In this document: piece after piece, positions 38,001-50,708 of the stretch | Numbering within the stretch: the first letter of the stretch is position 1 | Layout of the letters: every line of letters begins with the position of its first letter | Assembly: GCA_030248215.1 (NCBI GenBank) | Contig: JASANG010002859.1 | Location: 434,001-497,685, forward strand | Origin: Enoplolaimus lenunculus | Lineage: Eukaryota | Direction of reading: 5' to 3' | Length of the DNA stretch: 63,685 nucleotides | Program-made: the position numbers and the translations under genes | The notes under the pieces: generated by a model | Told to the model about the DNA's origin: nothing | Seen by the model: only the letters and a program-made list of their open reading frames with translations | Database searches by the model: none

Positions 38001-41000
38001 TAGATTTAACGGTCAACCGATGTTTGCCATTTTTGTTCCGTAGTTTTTTTAAGCTTTATCTGTCCTGTTCGAAAATTTTTATAGGATGCACTCAATTTGC
38101 CATTAAATCGCCACTACGTCTCGACTTAATTTCGCACGTCGTATGTTATAATACGGCGCATGTAAAGATCAAAGGCGGACCGTTTTTCCGCGGAACTGCA
38201 ATAGAGTAAACTTTAAGCTTTAGACTAATTTTTTGCTTAAACTTACCCTTAAGCTCAGGCTTAGGTATAGGCTGGCGTTATCCTTACGCTTAAGCTTTAG
38301 TATCACCTTATTCTTGTGCTTGGGCTAACGCTCAGACATAAGCTTACAAACATGATTATGCTACTGTTACGGCCCTGTTCTATACATTAGCCTATAAAAC
38401 TTACAAATAAACTGAGACAGTTTACATATTAAACCATGACTGAGCGTAGTTTTTCGTTTCGCAACATCTGCACCGAACGACCAAAACAGTTTCAACGGCA
38501 GCAAACACATATACGGCAGCATGCTGTATAAACCATTCTGCAACACAAAAATCACAAACTCAGCTCGATGCTCCCACGCCCACGTCCAAAGCGTAGTAGA
38601 GTTTCAACGCAGCGTTTAACTCAACTGAAAAATGACAAACTTAATTTCAAACAAACTTGGATGACAATCTTGCTCCAACCTGAATTTTAACTTAAAAAAT
38701 TTTAAATTTTTTGAGCGTTAAATAAATCGGCCAATTTTTACATTTAGGGACGTAACAGTAGATTAAGCGTATTCCTAAGCCTAAACCTAAGTCTAAGCGT
38801 TGCAAAAATGAGTTCCCAAGCCTAAGCCTAAGCCTAAACAAAAAATGTAATCTAGAATCTAAACCTACTCTTTTATAGACCCACCAGAAACCTGGACGCC
38901 CCTTAAAGTAACATGGGCCAATAAATCAATCAAATTTTATATTTTACCAGTAACCCTTACTATTTTATTTACAAAATTACTGCGATCAAAAAACAAATTC
39001 GTGGACAGCGGAATCGTTTGTTAACTTAAAAATTTGCAAAATTTTTATTTCGAACGCGAATCAACCAATAAAACGACTCGATCCTGGGCATTTTGCCGAC
39101 CAACCGCGGCTGATGTACCTACCGTCTGCGACTGCAAAATATCATTGTTTCGTTTAACGTTTCGTTTTATTTGGTTCGCTTATTATTCGCAGTTCACAAG
39201 CTCCGTTGGGAGTCAAATCAATTACACCGTCAGTGGATAATCGCTATTTAACAACAGTGTGCAACTGAGCGCATTCTGTGTGCAAAACCAGTGTACCCAG
39301 TACGCGTTGCATTTTTGGTCTGTCTTACAATAATAATCGCCCTGCAATACTGGTCCGTTTACATTTTTCAAAACCGTACCAATTTGGCGTTCCAAGTATC
39401 AAGTAAATACTCCTCTAAATCTCAGTAAGGTAAACAAAAAAATGCAACGCCGTCCGGGTACATTTCGTTCCATGCAATTTTTTTGGTCAGTAGCGCACTC
39501 TTGTTTAAAGTCATTATCGACTCCAGGTTACGGCAACAAACGAAACTTTGACTTACACTTTTCAGATCAAAATACAACACATCTTTCATGTATGTCGGCA
39601 GATAAATACCCATCAGATGCATATGTAGACCACCTGCCAAATTATTGAACACACACGCCCATACTGGTGTTGACTTTAGAATATGACGCCACGGAATAGG
39701 GACTTTGTCCTAAAATGAAAAAATATTAAAATAAATTTCATTTTGCGACAATAACATTTATTTTGTAAACATTTTGTGAGCCATTTTGATTGAATTTTAT
39801 TTCGTAAAAATTCGGTCAACTTCGAACCTCACAATTCACTACAATCAGTTAGTAACATCAAGAGTGCCGCATTTTACAAAATGTGCCACAGGGCGTTGCA
39901 TTTGCAGCCGATCCCCCTTTGTACTGAGGGAGGGGGGTCGCTGTCACATGCAATAATCCTAAATTAAATTATAAGTGAAGCAATTTATTGCCAGATACAT
40001 AAAGTGGCATGGTTCGCATAGGTTGTATCCCCCTCTAAATAAAGGGGGTTGGGCAAAAACGTAACGCGTGCCGGTTACATTGTTTTCAACACAGAATGTA
40101 CCCAGTTGCATACTCTTGTTAGTATGCATCAACCTCTCTTGATAACATTAATATTGTAATTAACAACTGTTACCGTTTTACAAGTCGGCATATTTTGATG
40201 CTGAAGCGAATCTTGTATGAACGTCAATTCTTTCATTGATATTTTTCGATGTTTTGTTGGTTTATTCGTCACAAATACTGCCCATGTAATAATATATGCC
40301 ATCGCGTAAAAACCTTAAACAAAACGTCTCAAACTATACACCTATCAAACCTGACAGTGCGTTCCTTCAAATAAGACCTGCGTTGAACGCATTTGTCGTT
40401 CTCCAAGCAGATATTTCCCCACTTGACAACTGGGACGTGCCAAGGCAATTGCTTTCCGGGACAGCCCAAGCAACACTGGAATGAAGACTATTTTTGATTG
40501 GTTATTCAGGTTGAACTATATTCGAAAAAACTGACTTGCACAGCAACTATTTGCCTTCACCAATAAATTAAACAAGGTTTATATTCGATGAAGAATTATA
40601 ATTACAGTGGCGCAATTTAATTGGCTGATCAAAACAACAGTAATAAAAACAGCATAACCCGCATAACGTTGAATTCGAGTAAACATTACGGCAGACGCTC
40701 AAAAGCTTGGTTTGCATACTTACAAACTTTGCTTAATTTAGACTCTGCAAATATGGTAAAAGCCAGTTAATTATTTTGCAAGTTACTATTCTTGAACACA
40801 TTCAAAGCTGAACAACCAATCACAACCAGTTTGTCTTCCAGTTAGTTGTTTGTGCTGCCTCGAAAATCAATTTTCGTTTGGGACGCCTCAGTTGCCAACT
40901 GGGGCAAATAGCTGTTTCGAGTACGACGACATATATCATATATCATTATAATATATACCAGGGTCCAATTAGAATTCCGGCTCCATCACTTTTTCTCCCT

Positions 41001-44000
41001 CCGGTTCCGCTAAATTTTTACCGGAATTTTTGTCGGTGGAACGATAAAAATAAAATAGATTTCATTAGTGGAAATAAACCATCGAAGGTAGATTTCGCTT
41101 CCGTAGATAATGAAACTCCAAAACACAGCAAATTAATAACATTACTGTCTTCAATTATGTCACCAATAATATAGCAAAACAGAAAATTAAAATAAATTTT
41201 TCGGTGGCCTGTATTTTTAACTATACGCTTCCAATAATATTTTCAAATTCCGGATCTGGTAAAATAGCAACAGCATATGCAACAAATTTAAACTGAACGC
41301 GCCAGAAACCAATACATTTTCAAGATACACCTAACTGAGAAAGCACACTACTACATATGGCTAGATAACGTGAAAGTGAAGACACGGGAACCCGTAGCCA
41401 GCTCAATACGGAAGGAGGGGGGGTGCAAACCATTTTAGCAGGAGCATGCAAGGTTCTCACAATATTTGCAAGCGAGGTTGAAACTTTTAACGTGGAACGC
41501 CAAACTTTTTTCCATGGGCTCTAAGCTGTCCCTGGCTCCGTTCTGTCTATGGTCCGCGCCAGAAGACTTACGAAGAAAGACCAATGGGCCAACTTTGATT
41601 TGAAGGGAATGGTCAACTATGCCTCCTACGGAAGCGTCCACAACTCGTATCATCAATGCCGGAACTTACTAGTAAAATAAAAAATAAGGGGCCAACCATT
41701 AAGAATACGACGCAACGAACACATCCACGAAAATAACGGATATGCGGCAATAACGCCCAACTGGTTACCTTAAATTAACAATAATTGAGCCATATCAAAC
41801 TCTTATACACGAAACAGTGGTGAACCTATGGGTGATATACTGGTGTCTGCTTCTGCCAGGCCCTGCCGTGCTGACAATTTACAATTGCAAACAGTTTGTC
41901 TGAAGCTCACAATGTGTTTTTTAGCCAAATTGGTGAAAAATATGACTAAATTCAGACACGAATTTAAAAATTTTACGCGTTCATCACAATTGTATTTCTC
42001 AATTTTAAAATATCAAAATATTTGATAGTAACACAGTTTCAAACTGTAAAATTATGAGACACAAACAGTATCGTCCAATACCGGAAAAATTATTGATCCG
42101 GAAACTGATAATAAACATTGGGCAATTGTACAATGAAGAACGACCCGTACCGGAAAAATTATGGATCCGGAAAGTGATAATTAACATTGGCAATTGTACA
42201 ATGAAGAACGTCCCGTACCGAAAAAATTATGGATCCGGAAACTGATAATAAACATTGGAAATTGTACAATGAAGAACGTCCCGTACCGGAAAAATTATGG
42301 ATAAATGTAATAAACATTGGAATTGTATAATAATATAACTCATAAAACAAATAAATCCGGAAAAATCATACCGATCCTGGATCCGGAAACTGATAATAAA
42401 CATTGGCAATGTACAATGAAGAACGACCCGTACCGGAAAAATCATGGATCCGGATCATGGATCCGGAAACTGATAATAAACATTGGCAATGTACAATGAA
42501 GAACGTCCCGTACCGGAAAAATCATGGATCCGGAAACTGATAAGAAACATTGGAAATTGTACAATGAAGAACGTCCCGTACCGGAAAAATTATGGATCCG
42601 GAAAGTGATAATTAACATTGGCAATTGTACAATGAAGAACGTCCCGTACCGAAAAAATTATGGATCCGGAAACTGATAATAAACATTGGCAATTGTACAA
42701 CGAAAAACGAGATGTTCCGCTTCAGGTATTCTAGTTCATCACACTGTAAATGCGTCTGTTTTTTTAATCTCTGTGGGAATTTTGGAAAAGGACCACCTAT
42801 TTCTCCTTTATACGCCGCCGTTGGATAATACCTGACGTCATCAATGCAATAAAAGTACTACGCTCATTAGGTGGCACCCAATTTGCAACAATTGTCGTAA
42901 AACACGGCAGAATGAAACCCTGAAATATACAGAGACCGATCGTGCCAAAATGCCACTTTGCAATTGGAGGGCACTTGTTTAGTTTGCCTGCCCCCACCCA
43001 CACTAGCGTTAATATAGCACAAGCCAAGAGTTACCCCCTTTACATTACTGATTATTATTTGGATAAGCCTAAACTTAGGTTAAGGGTGAGCCTACGCATG
43101 ACGCTATACTTCTGATGACGTCCGGTGCCAACCGCCGTCGTCCGGCGCCGTGTGTCATCGTGCTGTACGTGCGAGAATTATGAACGCCATGGCGCCAGAC
43201 GTCGCCGCACAACAAGTATAGCGCCATCCTTCGGTTTAAACAAGTACCCATTTGAGAACTCTAACTCATTGAGACAGAAAAATATTAAAGAAAAGGTATA
43301 TATGTCGTAGCCCAAATCGTAATTGAGCCCAATTTCTAATTGGGCTAGTTCAGAGCGTAATTATGACTTGTGCTAGCCTACGGCGTAATTCTTTATATGC
43401 GACAAGTGTACGCCTTGTAATTGGTTAAATGCCATACTCAAACACGATTGGTTGATGCGAATACTTTTTTTCTGATTGGAAAAATAATCGCCACATATTG
43501 GCTACGTTCCTAACAGTTTGTTTTACTAATCAAGAAGGATTACGGCTATCAAGTAACTTATTAGAAAACATACAAATTTATCTGATATGAATCAACCTTG
43601 GGCTAGCCCAAGCCGCCATTCCGCTTTGGACTAAACCAATGCGTAATTGGGCTGAATTACGACTTAGGCCACGACATATAAAAACTCTAGATAGCATCCA
43701 CAAATGATTACATTGTAGCACCCCAAACCTTAAATCACATTCTAATTTTGAAAAGTTCGAATAAGGCAATAATTGTGCAATTTTTAATTTTAGCTTAATG
43801 CAATAGGTTTTATACTAAATACTTCTTAGGCAAGTTTCTTAACTCTACATATTCCAAAAGTAAACGTTATGCTGTTTCACTAACGGCATTACAAACATTA
43901 TAATTGCTGTTTTTTTCGCTAGGCATATTTAAGTGTCCGTCAAAATTTCCAAGTCATATAAGCATGTGAATTGCAGTAAATTTTCAAGCCGTTTTTGTTT

Positions 44001-47000
44001 AATTTCCACAGATATCTTGTCTTTTTAGTATTTTATTCTGTTGTACGCAATTTTTGGTGTTTTCCACTATTCCCCCGAGCCCGACAACACCCGACGCAGC
44101 TTGCAGCGTCGAGTCAAATGGTGTTGGACCACAACTGGTTAACTGGACGTTTGATTACAAAAAAAATTAACACAGTTAAGCCCTATTCACACGGGCAAAT
44201 TTTTGCTGAGAGAACTTGCTGCTGCAAATTGCACACAGAACTTGCATTTTTTCATCAGCCAATGAAAAATCGGCTGCAATAAATTCAATGAACTTGCATG
44301 GTAATTCACACATATGAACTGAATTCCTAGCTATGATTTTTAATGAATTATTTGCAGCTGCAAGTTTTTCGAACAGGATTTTGGACAGAACTTGCAAGTG
44401 CAGTTTGCAGCTCCAAGTTCTCGCAGCAAAAACTTGCACGTGTGAATAGGGCTGAACACTCAGCTTAACAAGCTGCGCCAATTGGTATATAATTTGTTTA
44501 AATTTGACAAAAAAATTTTTTTGGGCCCCACCCAAGCGGATTTGGGACTTTAAAAATCGAATTTTTTTAAAAAAATCAAATTTGGGCCTGCAATGATCAA
44601 AGAAAGTCATGAGAAGCTCAAATATGCAAAAATTGTTTAAAATCCAACCATTTTTGGGCAAATGCGGGCTGGAGCGGGGCTAACGAAAAAAGGCCCCACT
44701 TTTGTTTGCGTATATATTTGAAGCTGCTACTCCATAGTATGTTTAGTATGTTATACAATATTAGAATCCTAGTAAACTTGCGTGATTATTCGACTATCTG
44801 CACTTAATCTCATTGCATAACCTTATTGCCGACACTTTCATCCACATTTATTTCTAACGCAAGGCAATTAACGTAACACATTCAATTTTAACATTCCAGC
44901 CAGGGTGACAACAAAGGTTCGGATTCGTATTCGGCAAAAACTTGTGGTTGGGATTCGAATTCGGTTGTGAAAAAGCCGAATATATAGCAACCGAATCCAA
45001 CAGTGTTCGGTAATATGTTTTTCAGTTTTAAACAATAAAAATTTTTGAGCGAGTTTCGCGAAGCGTTTTATGTTTTGTACTTGGGGGTCGAAAGGTGGAT
45101 GTCCGTCCGTCCGTCTGTCCGTCTGTCCGTCTGTCCGTCTGTCCGTCTGTCCGTCCGAAAAGAATCTCAGGAACGGCTGAACAGATTTTGATAAACTTTT
45201 TTTGTTTGAAAGCCAATTATAATGGGGTGTTAACCTCGCATTGGGGTTTTAAAATTGCAAGCCGTTTAGTAGCTACAGGCTAATTTGCATAATTAATTAA
45301 GCCTAAATTAGGACTTTCCATAAAATTTCACTAATTATTACAGTTAGAAGCAATCTAATTTTAGCATTAAAGGGTTTTTGGGTGCGAGGAATCTGCGTAC
45401 ACTGTTTACAAACCTCCAAAACCGATGATTGAGCAGTAAGCTAATAGATAATTTGCATATTAGTATAGGTTATAAGCCTAAATTAGGACTTTTTACAATA
45501 TTTCACTAATTATTAAGGTTAAAAGCAATATATTTTCAGCACTAAAAGGTTTTTAGGTGTATGGAATTTGAATAAATAGTTTACAAACATCCAAAACCGA
45601 TAATTGAATAGTTAGCTAATACCTAATTTGAATATTAGCTTAATTAACAAGGCAAAACTATGATTTTTTAAATTATTTCAATAATTTTTAGGGTTCACTG
45701 GAGGTTTCTGGGTGCGAGGAATCTGAATAAATTGTTTACAAACCTCCAACACCGATTATTGAATAGTTAGCTAATAGTTAATTTGCATATTAGCTTAATT
45801 GACAAGACAAAATTAGGACTTTTTAAATTATTCCAAAAATTATAGGGTGGCTGAAGGGTTTTTGGGTGCGAGGAATCTGAGGAAATTGCTTACAAACCTC
45901 CAAAACCGATAAATGAATACTTAGCTAATAAATAATTTGCATACGTATTACCTTAATTGCTTACGTGTGTTCGAGCTTCGCTCAATAAATGTAGTCCCAC
46001 TACGACTGGTAAATATCTTGTTATATTAATACAAAATTTTTGTTTCAGGTCACAAATCACAAAAACTCAAGTCGGGCACGAAATATATTAACGTTTACAA
46101 GTTATGCAGTTGGCATTGCGTTGATATTCTCAAACAAATTATAGATATAACTGAAATTTGCAACAGGCAAGATTCGGATAGATTCGGATTTGGCAAATTA
46201 ACAATGGATTCGGATTCAGGTTCGGTCAAATCGTAGATTCGCTGCCACCCCGATTCCAGCAAAAACATTTGTTCCATGTCGACTAACGATCTATAAATAG
46301 TCCGAAACGGGCGTCATTATGTCACCAACTGAAAAACTTGTCAAAGCACCCCTGGACAAAACCTACAACGCGACGCCAAGGTACTCACTCCTAAACGTCC
46401 CAACCGGCACCACTATTCTTGATTTTTCCCTAACGTGTTATCAACTCTTAAAACGATACTAAACCCCCTCGACTAAAAAAATCCCACGCTGATTGATTTG
46501 ACCTCGGAACCCACTAAATCAACCATTGGAATCGAAGTTACCGTTGCAACACCAATCAAAAATCGCACAACCGAAATAGCCATGTAACCGAAATAAGCAG
46601 CCGGTTGCGTTAACAAATTGACTACAGCAGCAACGCTCATGACAACGGTAATAATAAGCTTTGGACTGTGTTTATCGGCTAATATACCCGCTGGCATCGT
46701 TGCCAAAAAGCAACCGAACCAAAGCGACGAAAGTATAACGCTTTGTTGTTTTGGAAACCATACGAGTTCACCCTGAACCATGAAAATATATATAATACGG
46801 CTGTATCGAATTTACGGTCGGAGCCAGACTTTTGACACCGGACGGTTCCGTTCTTTGAAAATTTGCAAAAAACGGTTTCTTGTGCGGTACAAACCTTGGC
46901 CAATGTATAGAACACGGCCGTAACAACAACACAAGCATATTCGAAAGCCTACGCCCAAACCGAAGGCTAAACAAAAAACAGTCTATATCTTTTAAAGTGT

Positions 47001-50000
47001 GCTCTGTTGTAGTCCCACAGAAAAACGTTCCGCTCTTGATTTTTACGTAGGCGCAAACTGTAACAGTATCTAAAACGCCTTTACAAAAATTCTAAACAGG
47101 GTTTTGAGCCCTATAACCCCTCGATTAAACCCTTGTCTCGACCGGATCTACAAGGAAGAACATTTGATATACGCCATTACATCAGTTGAAATTTGAAGTA
47201 TAATAATCTAAGAACAATTTTACTTAAGCTCATTTCACATTTGGGTTCTTGTACATTTTCCCACAATACTTTGCTTAGGGTTTAGAAAAACACTCAAGCC
47301 TGAGCCTTTACCCGAACCTTAGCGTACGCCCAGGCGAAAGCGTAAGTCTTAAATAACCTAAAATGGTATGAGGGAAAGTGTACCAGACAGGGTTACAACA
47401 GGAACTAAACTTTGCCAGAACGCGAACAGGAACCGGAATTTGCAACAGTTTTCATCACCGAATTACTGTTGGACTTTTTAGAAAACTTGCCAAAAATTGG
47501 TTTAAGCGAATTTTCAGCTATTTCATCATCACGTTTTGCGAAAACGCATCAGAAACAGTTTATTAACAAATTGAAGTAATTGCAAAAACACTCATGTCGA
47601 ATTAACAATTTTTCTAAGAAAAAGTTTCCTATATTTAAATGGTTAAAAATTATTTATTCAATTTTTGCACGAATTCCGGCCGGAACAAGAATTCCGGTTG
47701 AACCCTGGTACCAGAGACTAGATTTAAAAGACGTTATTCGTTTTAAAACCTATTTATCTGTATATATTTACCAGAGTTCCAACGGAATACCGATTCCGGC
47801 TGAAATTCCGGCAAATTTGCATTCCGATTCCGATTCCGACGTAGTGTGGTTGCGATGCCGGAATTCCGGTATTTTCGGCGACGTGTGTGTTTCCATCAAA
47901 ATTATTTCATATTTAAACTTATGTTCCACCTTGATTTAAGGCAATTAAAACGACAGAAAACGAATTGAAAAACCACCTAATTTCAAGAATTATACTTTGT
48001 CACTGAAAGCTTACACTGAGCAAATACTGTGTAAACGGCCAATGTTACTACAAGGGGCGTAACAGTAGATTAAGCGTATTCCTAAGCCTAAGCCTAAGCC
48101 TAAGCCTAAGCCAATGTTACTTTTAGGAGCGTAAAAGTAGATTAAGCGTATTCTTAAACCTAAGCCTAAGCCAATGTTACTTTTAGGGGCGTAACAGTAG
48201 ATTAAGCGTATTCCTAAGCCTAAGCCTACGCCTAAGCCAATGTTACTTTTAGGGGCGTAACAGTAGATTAAGCGTATTCCTAAGCCTAAGCCTACGCCTA
48301 AGCCAATGTTACTTTTAGGGGCGTAACAGTAGATTAAGCGTATTCCTAAGCCTAAGCCTTAAACCTAAGCAAAAAATGTAATCTAGAATCTAAACCTACT
48401 CTTTTATGGTCCCACAAGAAACCTGGACGCCCCTTAAAGTGACATGGGCCGTGTAAACTGTGTAATAAAACCTATTTAGTTTTACGACTAAAAATTAAAC
48501 TCATAACACATTTAAATGTTAAAATTCCGATTCCAGTTCCGATTCCAATCTCGACAAAATTACGTTCCGCTTGGAACCCTGGTATTTACAAAGACAAATT
48601 AGATGCTATAAACAGTTCGATCGTAACACTGACCTCATACTGTTCTTTTGCATCATTGGACAGGGAACATTCTACGCCACGCTCGGAGTCCAAATACTTC
48701 TCCACAGAATCCGTCATATCACGAAACTCTCCGTCGGTTCCAAATTTAAGTTGGGTTCGATTTTGAACGGCAGTAGAATTCAAGTTTAAATTGTCCGCTA
48801 TCGCAGTTCCATTCACCATACATACGATTGCCATACTGATGTTACCGCGAAACATTGCCAAAACTACGGTTCCATTGCAAAGAATGAGACCAACGCGTAG
48901 TCGCGTTGAGATGAACGCTAAAAAATATTTTAAATTTTAAAGTTTGAAAATGTTTCAAATATTTAAAAACATACTTTCGAAACTTTAATTGACAAATCCA
49001 ACGGGTGCTCATTAAGATTTTTTAATGCCGTTGCTGTGTCGCATAGGCTGAGGCCAGGCATCGACCGGTTATCCGGTTCCGGTTTAATATCCGGCAAAAT
49101 CCAACACCCGTATTCGGTTCCGGTATCCGGTATAAACCTGCCCGATACCGGATATTTGTGGTTGTGGTTGCAAATATCATATAAAACTGTATTTTGCGCG
49201 TCAAAATACTAGATATATTGAAGCGACTGCAATTCTGAGCAATTCATGAATGGACGCTGACATGGATTGAAAAATCCAAACCAAAAATTAATCTTAAACC
49301 CATAAATACACATTTTTGCACGACTCAAATACTTCCAACAGTCTACTACAAATTTAGATCCCATATCCGGTTAACATCCGGCTTTGGTTCCGGTACAAAA
49401 TTCACTACGTATCCGGCTCCGGTTGCGATATCCGGTAAAATTAAATTAATATCCGGTCGATGCGTGGCTGAAGCCGATTCGTAGTCGCACCGAAATGAAC
49501 GCTAAAGAGTATTACATATATAAAATTTTGGAATCGTTTACAAAATCATTTTTCAGTTTTTTTTCAATGAATCTTGTAATGGCCAATCGAACGAAAGGCG
49601 TCGCTAAGCCAGGCCAAAACTACCGTTCCATTGCGCAGAATGTGGACGCTTGTTAAATGGGCCGAGATGAACCATAAAGTATTAAATGTTAAACAGGTGG
49701 ATACAGCGGCGGTCACAATGACGACTAATCAACCCCTGTCTGAGAAGAAAGTTATGCTAACGTTTATGGTTAGGTTAAAGTTCTATATGAACCAGCGTGT
49801 CTATTTTGGCTGGAAGCATTTCTTCTATCAAAATCCTGGTCATTGTTACGTTAAGGGACGTAACAGTAGATTAAGCATATTCCTAAGCCTAAAGCCTAAG
49901 CGTTGCAGAAATGTGGTCCTAAGCCTAAGCCTAAGCCTAAGCCTAAGACTACGCTTTGCAAAAATGTGTTCCTAAGCCTAAGCCTAAGCCGAAGCCTAAG

Positions 50001-50595
50001 CAAAAAATGTAATCTAGAATCTAAACCTACTCTTTTATAGACCCACCAGACAACTGGACGCCCCTTAAAGTAACATGGGCCACAATCCTGAATCAACCAA
50101 TGGGAATTGAATTTTTAGAAAGTTTCAAAATTCAACTTATTGAAAAAACTTCGTTGTGACAAACAAAGGGATTTCTATGGATACTTGAGCAAAGATAGGA
50201 AACGGTGGTGACGCGTGAACCCCCATGTGGCATAATGATCGAGTTGATTTTGATGATCCATGGGAACGGACGCTTCAAATTGGGCAAACATTATGCGAAT
50301 GTGTCTTTTGCGGGGTAAACGACGTATTCTTCTTGGGGCACGCCGTTCGACGATCCATAAAAGTGGTTCCAGCGGGACGGGACGGTCATCCAGCCACAAT
50401 GCTTTCTCTTGGCGAAAATCTTGCCTTTCTCAAGGTTCACGTAGAAAGTTTGAAATCTTGGAAACGTCTTCAAAGTCAAGTATACACTGTAGATGAATTA
50501 GAAGTAGCGAATTCGATGCAAAACAATAACATTATATTACTTTTTTCTGGTCTTCGAAATCCACATTCAATCAGATCTTGCGTAGTTGCATTCAT
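35088..50595 (-). CDS. SLC17-family (MFS anion:cation symporter; sialin / Na-phosphate cotransporter-like) protein, ~542 aa, 11 exons
   Basis: Minus-strand exons 50595-50541 (tentative first), 48917-48634, 46772-46542, 42919-42832, 41768-41670, 40313-40174, 39709-39557, 38537-38405, 37177-36936, 36065-35978 and 35203-35088, all GT-AG and in phase (1629 nt). Motifs RGNISMAIVCMVN, PAGILADKH, WVPPNERS, GWPLIFY, PWRHILKS.PVWA, LPTYMKDVLYFD, NGLYSMLPY, IAPQFSG, EWQIVF and IQDWA are typical of SLC17. AATAAA overlaps the stop. Confidence 0.92.
35229..35490. mobile_element. piggyBac-like MITE (family E), diverged
   Basis: TTAA-CCGTTTCTCACATGAATA...GAAGGG-TTAT. Confidence 0.65.
35634..35965. mobile_element. 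MITE family C, inverted copy
   Basis: Reverse-complement homology to 29204-29568. Confidence 0.7.
36714..36897. repeat. 23-bp tandem repeat x8
   Basis: TGACGTAATACCTCCCAAAACAA; intronic. Confidence 0.92.
38155..38392. mobile_element. TTAGGC-carrying MITE family A variant, degenerate
   Basis: GGCGCATGTAAAGATC...GGCCCTGTTCTATACATTAGCC; TSD TATAATAC/TATAAAAC. Confidence 0.7.
38729..38919. mobile_element. TTAGGC-carrying MITE family B
   Basis: GGCCAAT...AAAGTAACATGGGCC; perfect TSD AATAAATC. Confidence 0.85.
39859..40141. mobile_element. P-element-like MITE (family K)
   Basis: CAAGAG...CTCTTG ends; 7-bp TSD GTAACAT/ATAACAT; homologous to 56958-57260 and ~39250-39505. Confidence 0.65.
42075..42700. 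repeat. ~68-bp minisatellite, ~9 units
   Basis: TGGATCCGGAAACTGATAATAAACATTGGCAATTGTACAATGAAGAACGTCCCGTACCGGAAAAATTA; intronic. Confidence 0.92.
43299..43680. mobile_element. MITE family H
   Basis: TATATGTCGTAGCCCAAATCGTAATT...AATTACGACTTAGGCCACGACATATA. Confidence 0.75.
44180..44452. mobile_element. PIF/Harbinger-like MITE
   Basis: TIR GCCCTATTCACACG/CGTGTGAATAGGGC; 3-bp TAA/TGA flanks. Confidence 0.65.
45042..46022 (+). mobile_element. DINE-1-like non-autonomous Helentron (HINE)
   Basis: 5' T-run; subTIR TGAGCGAGTTTCG / CGAGCTTCGCTCA; (GTCC/GTCT)n microsatellite 45101-45156; internal tandem subrepeats; 3' hairpin GTAGT-CCC-ACTAC; ends in TT. Confidence 0.8.
46898..47053. mobile_element. 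TTAGGC-carrying MITE family A variant, degenerate
   Basis: GGCCAATGTATAGAACACGGCCG...AAACGTTCCGCTCTTGATTTTTACG. Confidence 0.6.
47388..47707. mobile_element. hAT-like MITE
   Basis: CAGGGTT...AACCCTG; perfect 8-bp TSD GTACCAGA; related sequence at ~62070-62350. Confidence 0.8.
47772..48581. mobile_element. hAT-like MITE containing a nested family B element
   Basis: CAGAGTTCCAA...TTGGAACCCTG; TSD ATATTTAC/GTATTTAC; ATTCCG subterminal repeats. Confidence 0.75.
48037..48450. mobile_element. TTAGGC-carrying MITE family B with end repeated five times
   Basis: Perfect TSD GTGTAAAC; unit GCCAATGTTACTTTTAGGGGCGTAACAGTAGATTAAGCGTATTCCTAA(GCCTAA)n x5. Confidence 0.85.
49020..49501 (-). pseudogene. 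Dead partial duplicate of the SLC17 exon 48917-48634, interrupted by a hAT MITE
   Basis: Acceptor + FISVRLRIGFS|LCDTATALK versus functional FISTRLRVGLILCNGTVVLA; insertion 49055-49466. Confidence 0.65.
49055..49466. mobile_element. hAT-like MITE
   Basis: CAGGCATCGACCGG...CCGGTCGATGCGTG; TSD GCTGAGGC/GCTGAAGC; ATCCGG subterminal repeats. Confidence 0.75.
49838..50081. mobile_element. TTAGGC-carrying MITE family B
   Basis: GGTCATTGTTAC...GTAACATGGGCC; TSD AAAATCCT/ACAATCCT. Confidence 0.8.
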
Positions 50596-50708
50596 TGACT
50601 CGATTATTATGCTTGTATTCAAATCGGTTAGAATATTATTAAGCTTCTAGCAGAGGTTTCGTAAATTTAAAGCTCATAGTACTCGGTAAATATTATGTCA
50701 TGGTTTCA

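Noticed and set aside
50175..50650. Overlapping short ORFs near the SLC17 5' end
   Set aside because: None fits the SLC17 reading phase or resembles a family I recognise; only 50595-50541 was kept as a tentative first exon.
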